In this document: in pieces, positions 1-12,129 of the stretch | Position numbering within the stretch: the first letter of the stretch is position 1 | How the letters are laid out: every line of letters begins with the position of its first letter | Assembly: GCF_030684315.1 (NCBI RefSeq) | Contig: NC_081374.1 | Span: 38,104,630 to 38,168,629, forward strand | Direction: 5' to 3' | DNA length: 64,000 nucleotides | Origin: Stegostoma tigrinum | Taxonomy: Eukaryota | Translations under genes and position numbers: made by a program | Notes under the pieces: model-generated | Databases searched by the model: none | The model's input: only the letters and a program-made list of their open reading frames with translations | What the model was told of the DNA's origin: nothing

Positions 1-999
1 TTAAAACAGCTATTTCCAAAATCAGTGTGATCTAAAAAACACTAAATCCCAATCTGCATCATAAGCATAAACAGGATTAAATGTTAAAGTTTGATGGTTA
101 GATTGATAAATCAGGGTTATAGCTTGTGGCCCTCAGAGGACAGGCAACATTTCAAATGGGAGGATATTAATGATAACGCTCAACAATCTATCCTCCACAC
201 TACCCTCAATATCAAGGATAATAAAGATAGTTTCTGCTGGCAGTCTAATTTTACATACATTATGGCAATATTTCCATATAGATTGTTATTCCAACTCAGT
301 GGCCAGACAAGGACCAGTGTTAGAAGGCATAAAAATATTGTCGTCATAGACTGAACAGAGAACACTTAATGGATGAGTGGTCAAAACTAATTCACCTACT
401 CTAACTTGTTAGCTGTTGATGAATTACGTTTGCAATCTTCAACCAGTTCAATTTCAATGGAATATTTCCATTCTGTGATCAAGACATACTGCCTCAAAAT
501 AAAAAGGAAGCATCCTAAATAATTTACTTAGACATATTGCATCATCTTTAGGCTGACTAATGTAATTCTCGGCCAAGAAATTACATTCTAGAATGCACTG
601 CCTATAAACGGAAACAGATTCAACAATTTTCAATACTGGATTGGATTTATGGCTGTAAAAGGACAAATGTGCATAACAATGAGTAAAAGATAGAAATAGG
701 ATTAATTGAATATCGCTTCCAAAGAGGCAAGAGTTGGACTCACATTTCTACAAAATGCCTAGAAAATAAAATCTTGCAATAATTAATATTGTACAGCTGG
801 CAGACGAAGAAACTCGACTATACTTTTCAGTTGCATAGTGCACACAAATGGAAGAATGATGCTGCTTGATCTGTTCAATTCAATTTTAGGTATTAAGAGA
901 AAAAAAATTATTCCTAATCCATTATAAACGGCACTGTAAAAGCAACATGAACTTGTCCCATTACTATTATTGATTTAGGATTAAGTTACTGCAGGTTCC

Positions 1000-1176
1000 A
1001 GAATCTGCACCAAAAACAAATGTTGGAAATCACAGCAGGTCAGACAACATCCATGGAAAGAGAGAAAGCTAATGTTTTCAGTCTTCAGAGTCATCTAGAC
1101 CCAAAACAATAATTTGCTCTCTCTCCACTGACGCTGTCTGACCTGCTGTGATCTCCAACATTTGTTGTTTTCAGTA
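1000..1176. mobile_element. Palindromic PLE-derived short repeat (family A)
   Basis: 1015-1051 is the reverse complement of 1130-1166 with 3 mismatches. The centre holds a degenerate hammerhead-like motif. Confidence 0.75.
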
Positions 1177-1372
1177 CTATCAACTTGTCAGTGTCAGACC
1201 TCTTTCACTTCTGTAATTGGCATGTAACAAGATTGTCATCAAATTTTACTAAATACAACAAGCAGTGCAGTTATAAAACAGGGCACATTGTACAAGACAA
1301 ATGATATCAAACACAAATGCCAAATTCACTACATATTTTGCAAAGTTACTTATCTATCTGTAATAACCTTAC

Positions 1373-1514
1373 CAGGAAATTCTTTACTGTCAGGAAAATA
1401 GTATTCAGTGAATTCAATGTGAATTGCTGACATGCCAGCTGGAAGATGGTAAGATGTCCTGTTGCAGGAAAGTAACGATGTTGGCTTCTTGCTATGCTGA
1501 CCTGCAGTGGACAC
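1373..1514 (-). CDS. BLTP3A: BLTP3A coding exon 12 (VSTAGQHSKKPTSLLSCNRTSYHLPAGMSAIHIEFTEYYFPDSKEFP, 142 nt); gene continues beyond window start
   Basis: taag|GTG...CCT G|gtaagg; carries the SAIHIEFTEYYFPD motif. Not in the ORF track; translated by hand. Confidence 0.94.
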
Positions 1515-2714
1515 CTTAAATAAATTGAAGTATCAATATTCTATTAAATCAAAATATTCAAATGAATCATCTTTTTCTTTATTAAACCATTTCATTACAA
1601 AACATTCCCCAGGGTAGTGGTGACTAGATGAATCAACAGATCAGTGGCAGCAAGGATGACAGTCTATGATATGGACATGTGACATCTTGCCAGATTACAA
1701 GAAATCAAATTCTTCCAGTAATAAGCATTCAAATTTGATTGATGTGGGGAAACCTGGAAGGACAGGTCTAGGTTGAAAACAAATCTTTAAGTCACCGCCT
1801 AAAATATCTCCCATCATCCAATCAAAACAGAAAACAGCAGCTGGAAGAAGATGGAGTAACTCAAAAAAGTTAGTCACCAACTATTTCACGTTCTCAATTA
1901 CACTTGGACATCCAGGACCACGTCACTGACTAAACAGAGAAACACATCTACAAGTGGTAACAGTTACTTCCTCTCACCAGCTAAAACTGTAAACAGTTTT
2001 AATTGTATTCTGGTAAAAGAAGCAGTCATTAAATTGTCAGCAACTAGATGAGAATAGAGAAAAGACCAACTAAACCTCGAAGAAAAGACCAATTTAAATA
2101 GAAATTTAGAGGCATGCGTTAAAAATTGGAGCACAATTGCATTGAGAACACAAGATGCATGACAGAATTCATAACGCTAAGACCAAGGATCCGTGACTTG
2201 AAGGTGCTATAACATGACTTACAGGGTCTTACTGAGGACAAACTCATTCTAGTTCTCATTATATCATTACATTTTGACAATGTTCGACCATTGAACCCAG
2301 CTGCTAGCTTTTTGTGACCGATGCAAAAAGACCCAAAAATTCCCCTGTACTGCAGCTTTCTGCAATTTTACCCCATCATAAATACTACATCCTCTGTTCT
2401 TCCTGCAAAATCCATAGTCTCATGCTTTCCTACATTATACTTCATATGCCAAGATTATGGTCACACAAACTGTATCTCTGTGTCGACTCCCTATGCCACC
2501 CTCACTACTTGCCAAATTGTGTCCTCGTGAAAAAAAAACCTAATTTAAGTTATTGCAATTTGGTTGTTTCACCTATGTAGCTCATCAGCACACCGCACAG
2601 GTAAGTAGGGTTTAAACTGAAATCAAAAAAAAAAGGCACTCTTCCAACTGCTTAGCTAACATAAATAGCAGCTAGTCCCCATGCTTGTGAGCCTTGAATG
2701 AGCTGTAATTCAAG

Positions 2715-2905
2715 AATGGAAACTAAATTGCTGGAGATAGTATGAAATCTGGGAGCATCTGTGGCATTAATACTTCAGGTCAAATGGTCTTTCATCAGAT
2801 AGAACCTCAAAGCAGTAACTGTTTCACTCTCTACACTTGCTGCCAGACTTCAGTACTTTCTGCACTTTTATTTTCACATCTCTTGCAGTTGCAGTATTCT
2901 GCTTT
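2715..2905. mobile_element. Old, degenerate palindromic PLE-derived repeat
   Basis: A ttgctggaga...gcatctgtgg arm, central ctttcatcag (reverse complement CTGATGAAAG), then a ctctctaca..tgctgccagac arm. Confidence 0.5.
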
Positions 2906-3939
2906 CATGTTAATAAGCTCTAGTTAAGGACGGAGGTTGGACTCTTGCATCAAAATTAAATTTATGAAAAGGGCTCATTTTAGTAATTTTCAGCAAGCAT
3001 CTCAAAAACGTTCAATGTCTGTTGACAGAACAGACAGATAGATGCCAGTAGCATCCAATGAAGATCTTCAAATCAGGCACCAGCACTGAACAGAGGACAG
3101 TGACTCAAGGGAGAATGGCCAACACATGGATTAAGAAATTAAAACAGAAACTTCTGGAAAAACTCAGCAGGTCTGTGGAGAGACTCAGGGAAAATGTTGA
3201 GTCCAGTGACCGCTTTTCCTCAATGGTCTAAGTGGATGTTTTGCTTAGTGACTGACAATTACTTTAAAAAAAAACATGTTACACAGGGAGAAGAATCAAT
3301 TTGAGGATAAAATTTATACTGGATCAAAAGGTCAGACTTTTATTTTGCATGGGCAATTACAATCATGGCTGGCAGAAGCGATAAGATAGATTAAATGAGC
3401 ATTTCAGAACAACTTAAAATTAGGTGAAGTTCAACAAGACCGACAAAGATGATTTCATAATCAACAGAAGTGCCTTCACCATGCACAACACGCTCATTTA
3501 TGAAATCTAAATAGATAAAGAAATTATCTTTGTACTAGTGGATAACAAACTAAGAAACCAAAAATAAAAATCATTCACTCACTAAAATTGTTGCCACAAA
3601 ATCCTGGTCTGTACTTGACAAAAGGAAAAGGTTTAATATCCAAGCCTAACAGAGTGTTGATGTTTGGGAATGTGACATGGTGTGCTGCTGAATTAAATAC
3701 ACTTTGGTCTAGTAGCCAGCCTGTATTCTAAGAAACTCTGTCATACCAATTTTATGAGCAGATTATAAATCTCAAGGATCAAAGACAGTGTAACTCCTTA
3801 AACTGTAACTGTAGTTTTTGCTTGTCAAAGCGGTTTAGCTTCAAAGCTAGATTAGTAGGAAAGGGTGCACTGAAGCATTCCTGCACTTAGTCACAGACAG
3901 GCAGAAAGGCAGACAGCACCACAACAGATAAATAAGAGC

Positions 3940-4150
3940 ATTCCCAACCGTAAGACTGCACTCCCCTGAGAAAGAGACAGAATCTGTGGTAGTGGTTTAA
4001 TCAGAGTGCTAGTGTGCCTTAGGTGAGGGGCCGGATAGAAAAAAGTGCAACTTTCATGGTACCCTCAGCTAATGTGGCAACTGAACCCATTCTGTTGGTG
4101 TCACTCTGCACCACAAATTAGCCATCCAGCCAACTGAGCTAACCAACCCT
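3940..4150 (-). mobile_element. tRNA-derived SINE
   Basis: Minus-strand head GGTTGGTTAGCTCAGTTGGCTGG (A box) and GGGTTCAGTTGCC (B box). A related copy lies at about 27915-28105 (+). Confidence 0.6.
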
Positions 4151-4963
4151 CTCCAAAGGCAAACTAGGGTGCCACGCCATAACACTTACTATCTCAGGAT
4201 TATTAAGCGGCATTTGAAGCTCAAATATGGCAGTTTCTCAATCTGAATGAATTTACTGCTGATGGAAGTACTTTGCGATAAAAAGCTAATTAGATAACAG
4301 TTTATACTCCGAATGATGGCAGCAGTCAGTTGCTTTGTGTACTTGTTTGTAGCTCACTGTACTTTAAGAGGTCATTAAGTGATACAGATCAACTTCCTGT
4401 TCAATTTTAAGCTTGACAAGCACGTAAAACGCAGTACAAGTCTATCGTAATCCCTGATATCACAATGGTATCCAAATTCAAAAAAAATCTGGGATTATTA
4501 CTTCTTCAGAGAAAGCCTATTCAGAACTTTGCATCTTTGTGACAGTAAGACAGTAAAAGTAATATGTTTTATCCACCAGCTCGAGTTTGCTTTTAACTGA
4601 AGTTATTAAAAGGTAAATAGAACTGACAGCAATTATAATTTGCCATTTAAAAATGTCATTACCCTATGTTCCTTCTGACCTTTTCAATTTCTTCTGCGTG
4701 GACCTGCAAGGTCCATGTGTGGCAGGAACTTCCAAAACTGGATGTGAATGCTGGCTATGACACTGCAGGGTACCTCAGTGTGGCTGTGTGGTTGTATGCC
4801 TTAGGGGGAATGTCAGTCATTACTCACCACAACCACAAGTGTAATAGAAAGGACAGTGTTCCCTATTTTGAAAATCTATGTATTCCCAAGCTCATACAAT
4901 CAACAGATGTTCTAGTATCAGCAGCATTATAAAGATGATAAAAATCAAACACCCACTCCTTAC

Positions 4964-5112
4964 CTGATAAACATCCAAATCATCAATGCGGATCACCACA
5001 CAGCTGGAGCGCAGCCTGTTCCATGGCGGGTGCCGAGAATCAGAATTAGCAGCTGATGCAGACTGATCACTTGCAGGTCTTTTGCCAGCAACTATTTTGC
5101 GAGTTGGTGACC
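4964..5112 (-). CDS. BLTP3A: BLTP3A coding exon 11 (GSPTRK...HPPWNRLRSSCVVIRIDDLDVYQ, 149 nt)
   Basis: gagcag|GG...CAG|gtaagg, inside ORF 4892..5149; WNRLRSSC is a 3A motif. Confidence 0.92.
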
Positions 5113-6334
5113 CTGCTCGATAGAAAACAAGGAAGAATGGCAATTGCAATCACTATTTTATCTAGTACTGAACAAAGCATGTCACTGTTCTGAATATCTC
5201 CCATGAGCAATATGTTCTAATAGCTCTCCGTGAAGGTTCATAAACCAACAAGATTAAGTATCTAAGCTGTTCTGGGTACAAGTTTCACCCAAGGATTACC
5301 AGTTAACAAATTAATACTTCATAAAGAAATACAGATTCTTTTCAGAGATTAACTATTTAAAATCAGTTGCTGAATTCAACAACCTCTGCCTCAGTCATCT
5401 AACGTCCAGTAATCAAACTTATAAAGCTATGGTGAGAGCATGCCTGGATTAGTATCTGGCCTTCTTGCCCAAGAATGGAAAAGCTCACTTTGGAGGGGAG
5501 ATGATTATTCACTCAACAGATTCCGTCGAATGTGAGGATTGTCCTGTAAAGGGTAGATTGAATCCACACTCTTGACTGTTTAGCTGAATGAGAGGTCATA
5601 TACCTAAAAAGTACTGAACTCTTAAGGCTTAACTACATAGGTGTTGAGAGGACATTTACTGTGATTGGAGAGCCAAGAACCACATCGTCTGATCTTAATA
5701 CAACGAGTCAGCCATTTAGGACTCCAATAACGAGAAACTGCTGTACTGAAATGCTCTATTATCCCATAGGTCTGTGGAAGTTTAATCACTGACTTTGTAC
5801 GACGTGTCATAAAACCAAGTGATATCACTGTACAAGCCATATTTCAGTCTGGGATCTGATATGGAAGATTGAACTTTGTTGCCAATTTGATGTGAGAATA
5901 CATTTATAGTATGCATAATGGTCAATGTGGACTAATCCAAACCATTCATTCTTCCACACTCTTAACACCAGAACTACCTTGCGTGAAATGAGAATCACCT
6001 GGTTAAGGTATCTTCTCCATGAAATCAAACTTTAGTTGGACAGTAATCACTTGTACAGTACGATATCAATCCAGGCGCAAATCAAATCACAGTTCTATTT
6101 TGACTGCACTGAAAATTTAAGTATAATACTTGGGGTGGGGGGGGGGGGGGGGGAAAGAGAGGGGGAGACAAATAAACAACCTTGTTTGGTCAAGTCATTA
6201 AGTTTCTTAGAAAAGCTTTTGCTCAGAACACAAACTCAAATCTAACAATGGAGAGCAGACCTATAAAAATATTCAAGTATCGTGACCTCTGTCAAGACCA
6301 GCAGCTTTATATATGAAATTTATGAAATAACCGA

Positions 6335-6504
6335 CGATGCTGTAAATCAAAACAAAAACAGAAATTGCAGAAAAGCTCAGCAGATCTGGCAGTGCCTGTG
6401 AAGAGAAATCAGAATTAACATTTTGGGTCTGATGACCTTTCCTCAGAGTTCTGTGGAAGGGTCACCAGAGCTGCTGAGCTTATCCAGCAATTTTTGTTTT
6501 TGTT
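6335..6504. mobile_element. Palindromic PLE-derived short repeat (family B)
   Basis: Outer arms 6351-6389 and 6465-6504, and inner arms 6428-6447 and 6450-6469, are inverted repeats. CTGAGGA/CTGTGGA cores diverge from the centre. Confidence 0.78.
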
Positions 6505-7451
6505 CCAACACTCATTTTTTTTTAAAAAAAACTGACATCTGAACCCCAGTTACTTACCAAAACAGTGAAGCCTCAAAATTTTGTTTAAAACAGAGGTGTT
6601 TTTTTTTTACAAAGCAAGATTCAAGCAGAGCAAACACCAAATATTAGCTTAGATAGCCACTTAAATTGGACATGAATTAGTAGGAAAATTGCAGTTAATT
6701 ATAAACAAATTACACATTACAAATGAGACATGAACTAAGACAAATCTTGCCAATTGGTCCAACAGTCTACTCAGCATACATATCTGCAATCTTTAGCACA
6801 AAGTATCAATATTACTGATTGGGGAAAAACGTCTTTGGAGCATTTCATTTACGTTTTCCCAGAACGCTGGCCAATATTCGTTCTCCATCGTTTGCTAAAA
6901 TAATTGCTTTTTACAATTCAACAGCATGGGAAGATGGACTGATCTTGTCATTTATCTTTGATAGCAAAAGCTAAACAAAAATTGCGCTTTATCAGACCAC
7001 GAACTGGCCTGACTGACATGTAGTTAGTTAGTGGCAAAGCACTTAACAACAGCCTGAGGTTGTGAAAACTGTCCTAGAAGTCAAAGTTACAATTTTTTGG
7101 TTTGCATAAATATTATCCTAATGCAACTTGGGTCTGAGCAGTGTACAAAGGGCTCTTCACCCCCGCCACCACATATTCAAAAAAGCTTCTGTATGGGGCT
7201 GACAGACTAAATTAAAATGGTCAAGTCAGCCACAATGAGGTGGGCAGTCAAGGGAGAGGGAAAATAAAAAAGAAAAACATGACTGAGTTGCTCATGAAAT
7301 TCAGTAGGAGCTCTCACTTTAACTTCCCTCTCCATACCTTTTCAGTCAAATAGCAAGGTTATAAAATACAACATCATCATTTTTCAGAATTTCAGACCAT
7401 TTTGGAAGTTACACCTAAAAAAAAAAAGAGCTTCAAAGCAAAACCACATAC

Positions 7452-7622
7452 CCTTTCTTTTGCCAGGAGATTCTTTTGTTGGTGATCTGACAACTGTTGC
7501 ATCTTCATTATGATCTATTACTGTCTGCACTTTGGACTGAAACTCTTGAAGCAGGTCTTTGGCCCAGCGTGTTCTAGCTTCCATTGTTTCACAATGTCTA
7601 ACCCAATGTTTGCAACTGTCAT
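7452..7622 (-). CDS. BLTP3A: BLTP3A coding exon 10 (NDSCKHWVRHCETMEARTRWAKDLLQEFQSK...SPGKRK, 171 nt)
   Basis: cag|AT GAC...AAG G|gtatgt; DSCKHWVRHCE matches 3A. Confidence 0.93.
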
Positions 7623-7862
7623 CTGCAAGCAGAATAAATTAGAATCATAAATTCATTACCACTTCAGACTGAAGTAAAGTCTGAAACCATCTGAATACTG
7701 CGCATCATCTTCTAGCAGTAGGACGACTGTTTGGAATCCTACGTACAAAGTCAGTGTCATATCAAAAATCAATTTTGATGTGGAAGCGCCCACACTCCTG
7801 TTTAGCCAAAGTGGCCTTGCATGACCGCATGCTGCGGGTCCTCAAAGTAGATGTCTTTCTCC

Positions 7863-8216
7863 TTATTCATCCAAGTGACGAGGACGTCACTGGCTCGGCA
7901 GCATTTGTTGCCCATTGCTAATCGCCCAGAAGACAGTTAAGAGTCAACCACATTGCTGTGGGTCTGCAGTCATGTGTAGGCCATCCTTATCTTGTCTGGC
8001 CATCTCCTTCCCCAAAGGGCATTAGTGAACCAGATGGGTTTTTCCCCTGATAATCAATAATGGTTTCATGGTCATTCGACTCTTAATTACAGATATTTAT
8101 TGAGTTTAAATTCCACCATCTCCCGTGACAGGATTCAAACCCAAATCCTCAGAACATTGAGTCTGGGTGTCTGGAATAATAGATAAGTGATAATATTACT
8201 AGGCCATTGCCTTCCC
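7863..8216 (-). mobile_element. Shark tRNA-derived SINE
   Basis: Minus-strand pol III head with B box GGGTTTGAATCC. Similar along its length to the plus-strand copy at 31450-31750. Confidence 0.7.
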
Positions 8217-8661
8217 TGTGCAATTTGGTTGGGAGGATGTGCAATTATTTCTCATCTTTTCATTTGTCCAGTTCTAATGCAGCTAGTCAGAGCTGGGGAG
8301 GTTTGGTCCTGTTAAATAGTTTAACTCGTGAGTAAATTCTTCAACAAAAAAAAAGTGCTAGTATAAACAAACAAAAAAGGCAACATATGCAAATAAAAGG
8401 TCATTTTAAACACACCCTTTCCCAAATCAGGGGCTCATTATACTGCAGACTTGCGTTTTTGTGTGAGTATTTTCTGTCTTGAATAGGATAAACAATAAAG
8501 TAAAGGCTTCAAGTGGTAATTTTCTTAGTTTTTGGATCCCACTTGAGCTTTTTCTCCTGCTATCCTGTACTGAATGATGACTTTTGCAGCTATAATTCAA
8601 CTGCAGAGTATCTCGTCACTTAAAATTCATGCTAGTTTTTCTAGCAACAGAATTCACTCAC

Positions 8662-8748
8662 TTGCCCAGTGGAAGGGATAATAATCCAGGCTCAAGTTTC
8701 TGAATGTTAACTGTATAGCTCCTCCAGCAATTCGATGTTTAGATCCTC
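8662..8748 (-). CDS. BLTP3A: BLTP3A coding exon 9 (GGSKHRIAGGAIQLTFRNLSLDYYPFHWA, 87 nt)
   Basis: cag|GA...GCAA|gtgagt; phase 1-1; carries the DYYPFHWA motif. Confidence 0.94.
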
Positions 8749-9205
8749 CTGCACAATAAAAGGCAAAATATGTTAAGAACAAACTGTAGCAGAGACAGAA
8801 CTTTAATTGGAGAAACTGAGGGACTAGCATTAACGATAACAGGAATCTGGGAGGGACCTTACACCTCCAGCATTTGCATTTTGTTTTTCCCTTTCTTCTT
8901 ATCTCACTCCCTAACAAATCATATCTTCAGTTCAAAAATAGATCTTGGCTCTTTACAAAACATTTTCAGCTAAAGCCGGGAATTTTCTTTTTAAAACACA
9001 GCTTGCACATTATTAAAACATTAGATTTATTGTCGTGCTTTGCATCCTTGGATGAAAACTGGTCGTCGCCCAATCAAGGTTCAAACCCGAATCAGAATAA
9101 TCCACTTTATCATTTTTCACAGTAACTTCTGATGTACATAACTTAGGTAAATGATACAGTGAAGTATCAATTCAACTAGCTGCAGACATGATGGATTTCT
9201 TGTAC

Positions 9206-9383
9206 CTTGTTCTGTAGAGGCACCATCATCACAAATGTGCAAATCCAGGCGCGAGATATGACTGTGATAGGATGATTCTTTCACATCATACATATCAAAA
9301 TACTGACTAATACTGTTCAAACTGCTGCTCGAAGAAGCTGGTTGGGTTCGCGTCTGATGGACACTAGGCATTGATCCACTTGT
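9206..9383 (-). CDS. BLTP3A: BLTP3A coding exon 8 (TSGSMPS...SQYFDMYDVKESSYHSHISRLDLHICDDGASTEQ, 178 nt)
   Basis: ctctacag|ACA...CAAG|gtacaa, inside ORF 9117..9398; carries DVKESSYH and RLDLHICDD motifs. Confidence 0.92.
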
Positions 9384-11216
9384 CTGTAGAGAAGGCATTT
9401 ACAAAGATATTTAAGAAGGGGAAGTCAACTACAGTTAAATGGCAGGTCACATAAGTAGAGTCAAATGGTATAAATGCTCACAACATCTTAAATTAAGCAG
9501 CTTTATATCAAACCTAATTAAATCCAGTGAAATGTCTAACAATAATTAACCTTTTAATTATCTCCTCCATTGCCATTTATAATCTCACACGTATTAGCTG
9601 TGGGTCGCATATTTCAGAATAAGACATCCCAAACTCTGAAGAAAGAGAGGTTCGAGTCCTCATTGTTGGGTACAAATACCATGCAAGCAGAGGGAAGATC
9701 TGATGGGTGATTAAGAAAGAAGTTCTTTCAAAGATACACTATTGTCACTTCGTTGCCAGTCTGAAATTTCTGTCCTGGCATGGTAGATACTCACGGAAAA
9801 GTTCAGTTTTCATTTTAAGCCAGAGTATTCTTCAACTATCTAGCAACAGATAATAAATTTGATTGTACGAGTAAGAGTTTTACAATGATAATCTAAACCT
9901 TTCACAAACTTTTGTCAAACTAGACAATGTGAATGGTTCTGATTTACAATTCTTTATGCTGGCAATTTCCATATGCTTCAGTCTGATTGGTTAAGGAAAT
10001 ACAGTGCCTTCTCTGCTTAGCTCAAGATTCCAGCCTGTAGAAGACTCCAGGCTGCTTTAATATTAGGCTTCCCATACAAGACATTGTTAATACTGAAATC
10101 AGTAGGGCAAGTTTTACAGTAGATATTAATCAATTAGTCCTACTATTTTGACCACCCTTCGACTACAGATGTGCTTACAGAAGATGTCAGGATTTCTCAA
10201 CTTTTAGAAGCCAGCCCTTTTCTTTTTAAAAGAAAGGCAAGAGGAGACAGTTATTTTTCACCTTTCTGACCCCTCTGCATGGGTTCTCCATTATACTTTT
10301 CTACATGACATGCTAGAAAATACTGCTTCCTCACTAAATTTCTATCGCAATCTCTCATCCATTCATCTGTGTTCCTTGGATCTTTTGAAGGAATATACTT
10401 TGACTGTGCTAAAGCCATCTCCTCTTCGAAGGTTGCACAGCTACTGTTTTACCCAGCCATCCCGTCTGTTCTGCCCAGGTCCAATCATAAACTTTGAAAC
10501 AGGCTGTCAAGATGAAGGTGGCGCGTTTTTTTTTCAAACAAAGGTCAGAAAGCTAATTTGAAACACTGCTTCAAACATAATTGCCAAGAAAGCATACAAC
10601 AAAAGCAAGATTAATAGAAGAACTAACTAGGGTGCTAACTAATGAAATTCAAAAGTTCAACTTTCATGACAAACAAAAAAGTCAAAGGCCACATTCAGAT
10701 TTCAGTTGAGAAGTACAGTTTCATACCAGCAAAAAGGCAGTTTAGTTTGTGCCGGACTTTCATAGCTGCAAACTAATTTTAAAAATCGTTTTAGCTTTTT
10801 AAGTAGACAGGGTGTATTGTTTTCCAAATTCAGTGAGAAAAATTTGGTAAAGTAGCTGGTAGTTTCTGTATCTCAGGGAGACAGTATTGGAAACAACTCC
10901 TCTGGGTCAGCGTATAGTATGATAAAACCGATAGACAATATTTCTTGGATTTCAAGTTCAGCATAATTATTTGTATACCTAACAACTGTGACTTATTTCT
11001 GGAGTCAGTGAGTATGCCGAATCAGCAGTTTAAATGTGATAGGCTTTTTTAAAAAGTGTACCTAATATGGCCAGATTTTGTCAATGAATAGTGGTTGTAG
11101 TGTGCCGGTATCAAAATTCTTGGCTCAAAAAACTAATTGTTTGATTTATATGAAGGAGGCATTGATCCATTTTGTGGGCCAGAGTTGCAAGTAGCTGACA
11201 AGGAATTCTGGGAGGA

Positions 11217-11527
11217 GTGGCATCTCAGTGGTTAGCACCACTGCCTGTCAGTGTCAGGGACCTGGGTTCGATTCCACTCTCAGGCGACTGTGCAAACTCC
11301 ACGCAGACAGACATTCTGCCCGTGACTGCATGGGTTTCCTTCGGGTGCTCCGGTTTCTGCCACAGTCCGATGTGCAGGCTAGGTAAACTGGCAATGCTAA
11401 ATTGCCCATATAGTGTCCAGGAATGTGTAGATTGGGTGGGTTAGGAGGTATGGGTCTGGGTGAGATGCTCTGAGGGGTGGTGTGGTCTTGTTGGGCCGAA
11501 GGGCCTGTTTCCACACTGTAGGATTCG
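11217..11527 (+). mobile_element. HE1-like V-SINE
   Basis: A box (CTCAGTGGTTAGCAC), B box (GGGTTCGATTCC), V-domain (TGGGTTTCCTTCGGGTGCTCCGGTTTC) and a HER1/CR1-type 3' tail (GGGCCGAAGGGCCTGTTTCCACACTGT). Confidence 0.85.
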
Positions 11528-11599
11528 ATGATACACATCTATGATATATTAGGGTTATCGACTTGGGTTATTTCTAAGCATTTAAAACATCTTTGAACC

Positions 11600-12129
11600 A
11601 ATTTTCTAAGGGAAATAGTGTGCTCTTTTCAAAATTACGATCTATCCAGCTATTTCCTCTTGGGAATCTGATTTGTCCAGCATCAACATCAAGCTGACAT
11701 TACCCCATAACAGTTTGGGCCACTAGATCATAATAACAGGAAGCCAGTGAAAGCACATGCTTGCAATTTCATCAGTCAAGAAAGAAATCAAGGAGTTAAG
11801 ATCGGAGTGATACTTCACAGTGGTAGTTTGTCTGTAAAAAAGATATTGTTGGAAAAGGGGTTGAATCTTCCTTTTTATTAAACGCAAGTATTATCCTATC
11901 TACTTGCTGTTTATGATGTTCCTAGTTTGTCATACATGTATCTTTGCTTTCTTATCCTTTTGTGCAATAAACTTGGATTTTTTTTGAAAACAACATTTAT
12001 TGTCTTATGTGACAATGTTCACTGACCGGCCAAGGTTATCAAACTATAAAAACAAAACTTATGATCTCTCAAGAAGCATATCACTCAGATCTGACTTGTC
12101 CAATATCTTCTTAAGTTGGGATCATTACA
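11600..12129 (+). mobile_element. Possible LTR relic (3' part)
   Basis: AATAAA near 11966 and an end tctgacttgtcca...gggatcattACA, with a related motif at about 11670-11717. The 5' boundary is not defined. Confidence 0.35.

Noticed and set aside
4660-4850. GC-richer unique stretch in intron 11 as a cassette exon or snoRNA
   Set aside because: Stops occur in all sense frames, and I found no convincing splice pair or C/D or H/ACA box arrangement.
6131-6153. Poly-G runs (also about 33708-33725 and 48326-48347)
   Set aside because: Simple homopolymers, common and possibly affected by assembly error; no further structure.
11217-11290. tRNA gene
   Set aside because: The A and B boxes continue directly into a V-SINE body and LINE-derived tail, so this is a SINE head.
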